A stretch of DNA of 64,000 bases from Chiloscyllium plagiosum (Eukaryota). This document shows, one piece after another, positions 62,700 through 64,000 of this stretch (position 1 is its first letter; the number at the start of each line of letters is the position of its first letter). The stretch covers positions 28,807,986 through 28,871,985 of the forward strand of contig NC_057720.1 of the NCBI RefSeq assembly GCF_004010195.1, written 5' to 3'. Both the position numbers and the translations under genes were made by a program. Under the pieces are notes generated by a model. The model had not been told where the DNA came from, searched no databases, and worked only from the letters and a program-made list of their open reading frames with translations.

Positions 62700-63072
62700 T
62701 TATTGTATGGAGGTTTATAAAATCATGAGGGGCATGGTTAGGGTGAATAGTTAAGGCCTTCTTCGCAGGGTAGGGGAGTCCAAACGAGAGGGCATAGGTT
62801 TAAGGTGAGAAGGGAAAGGTTTAAAAGGGATCTACAGGGTAACTGTTTCATGCAGATGGTAATGCATGAATGGAATAAGCTGCTAGAGGAAGTGTGGAGG
62901 CTGATACAATTACACCGTTTAAAAGGCATTTGGATAGGTACATGGATAGAAAACGTTTAGAGAGATATGAGACAAATGCTAGCAAATGAGGCTAGATCAG
63001 TTTAGGGTACCTGGTTGGGATGGATGAGTTGGACCAAAGGGTCTACTTCCATGCTGTATAACTCGATGACTA
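62700..63072 (+). mobile_element. CR1 LINE 3' end
   Basis: EVYKIMRGM...SKREGIGLR-type region; same 3'UTR as 1-432. Confidence 0.9.
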
Positions 63073-63109
63073 AGTCCTATGCTGGAGAATCCCATGCTCT
63101 ACTGTGGTA

Positions 63110-64000
63110 CAAAGAACAAAGAAAATTACAGCACAGGAACAGGCCCTTCAGCTCTCCAAGCCTGTGCTGATCCAGATCCTCTATCTAAACCTGTTGCCTA
63201 TTTTCTAAGGGTCTGTATCCCTCTGCACCCTGCCCATCCATGTATCTGTCTGGATACATCCTAAATGATGCTATTGTGCCCATCTCTACCACCTCCGCTG
63301 GCAACGTGTTCCAGGCACCCACCACCCTCTGCATAAAGAACTTTCCACACATATCTCCATTAAACATTTCCCCTCTCACCTTGAACTCGTGACCCCTAGA
63401 AATTGAGTCCCCCACTTTGAGATAAAGCTTCTTGCTATTCACCCTGCATATATCTCTCAAGATTTTGTAGACCTCAATCAGATCCCCCCTCAACCTTCGT
63501 CTTTCTAGTGAAAATAATCCTAATCTACTCAGTCTCTCTCCACAGCTAGAACCCTCCATACCAGCCAACATCCTGGTGAATGAGGAGACAGTGAGGTCTG
63601 CAGATGCTGGAGATCAGAGTTGAGAGTGTGTTGCTGGAAAAGCACAGCAGTTCAGGCAGCATCCAAGGAGCAGGAAAATCGACTTTCCTGATGAAGGGCT
63701 CCAGCCCAAAACGTCGATTTTCCTGCTCCTTAGATGCTGTCTGACCTGCTGAGCTTTGCCAGCAACACAATCTCAACAATATCCTGGTGAACATCCCCTA
63801 CACCCTCTCCAAAGCATTCACATCCTTTTGGTAATGTGGCGACCAGAACTGTATGCAGTATTCCAAATGTGGCCGAACCAAAGTCTGTAGCATGACCTGC
63901 CAACTCTTGTATTCTATACCCCATCCGATGAAGGAAAGCACATCATATGCTTTCTTGTCCACTCGATTGACCTGCGTTGCCATCTTCAGGGTACAATGGA
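63110..64000 (-). mobile_element. CR1 LINE 3' fragment interrupted by a PLE palindrome; cut by the window edge
   Basis: ORFs 63798-63983 (VRPHLEYCIQFWSP) and 63185-63571 (LFSLERRRLRGDLIEVYKI). Confidence 0.93.
63581..63776. mobile_element. Fold-back PLE pseudo-LTR insertion with hammerhead remnant and about 15-bp TSD
   Basis: CAGCATCCAAGGAGCAGGAAAATCGAC / GTCGATTTTCCTGCTCCTTAGATGCTG inverted; CTGATGA at 63688; CAA(C/T)ATCCTGGTGAA at 63566-63580 and 63777-63791. Confidence 0.9.

Noticed and set aside
11737..63776. Recurrent palindromic repeats as a CRISPR array or Rho-independent terminators
   Set aside because: They are dispersed, variable in length, TSD-flanked and derived from PLE termini in eukaryotic DNA; no spacers or cas genes.

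Overview
Repeat-dominated, non-coding vertebrate DNA. It is most likely from a cartilaginous fish (shark/ray), inferred from V-domain HE1-type SINEs with (AGATT)n tails and dense CR1 LINEs. I could not support any intact host gene, rRNA, tRNA or CRISPR array; nearly all listed ORFs are decayed transposon fragments or chance ORFs. The window holds about 20 CR1 fragments (one near full length with an SGNH-esterase ORF1), a second LINE family with a SINE sharing its tail, five V-SINEs, a decayed Gypsy pol (28.8-31.8 kb), a complete two-LTR Gmr1-type Gypsy element with integrase before RT and a tRNA-Pro PBS (49903-59373, minus), Harbinger transposase relics, a Tigger-like MITE and many Penelope-like element (PLE) pieces. 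Two things stand out. (1) At least six short, fold-back PLE-terminus insertions, five flanked by 11-15 bp target-site duplications, carry minimal hammerhead-ribozyme cores (CUGAnGA...GAAA plus a palindromic ACGU/AGCU); one has perfect 94-bp arms. (2) Four short insertions were apparently copied from DNA within about 1 kb. Boundaries of old repeats were read by eye and are approximate.
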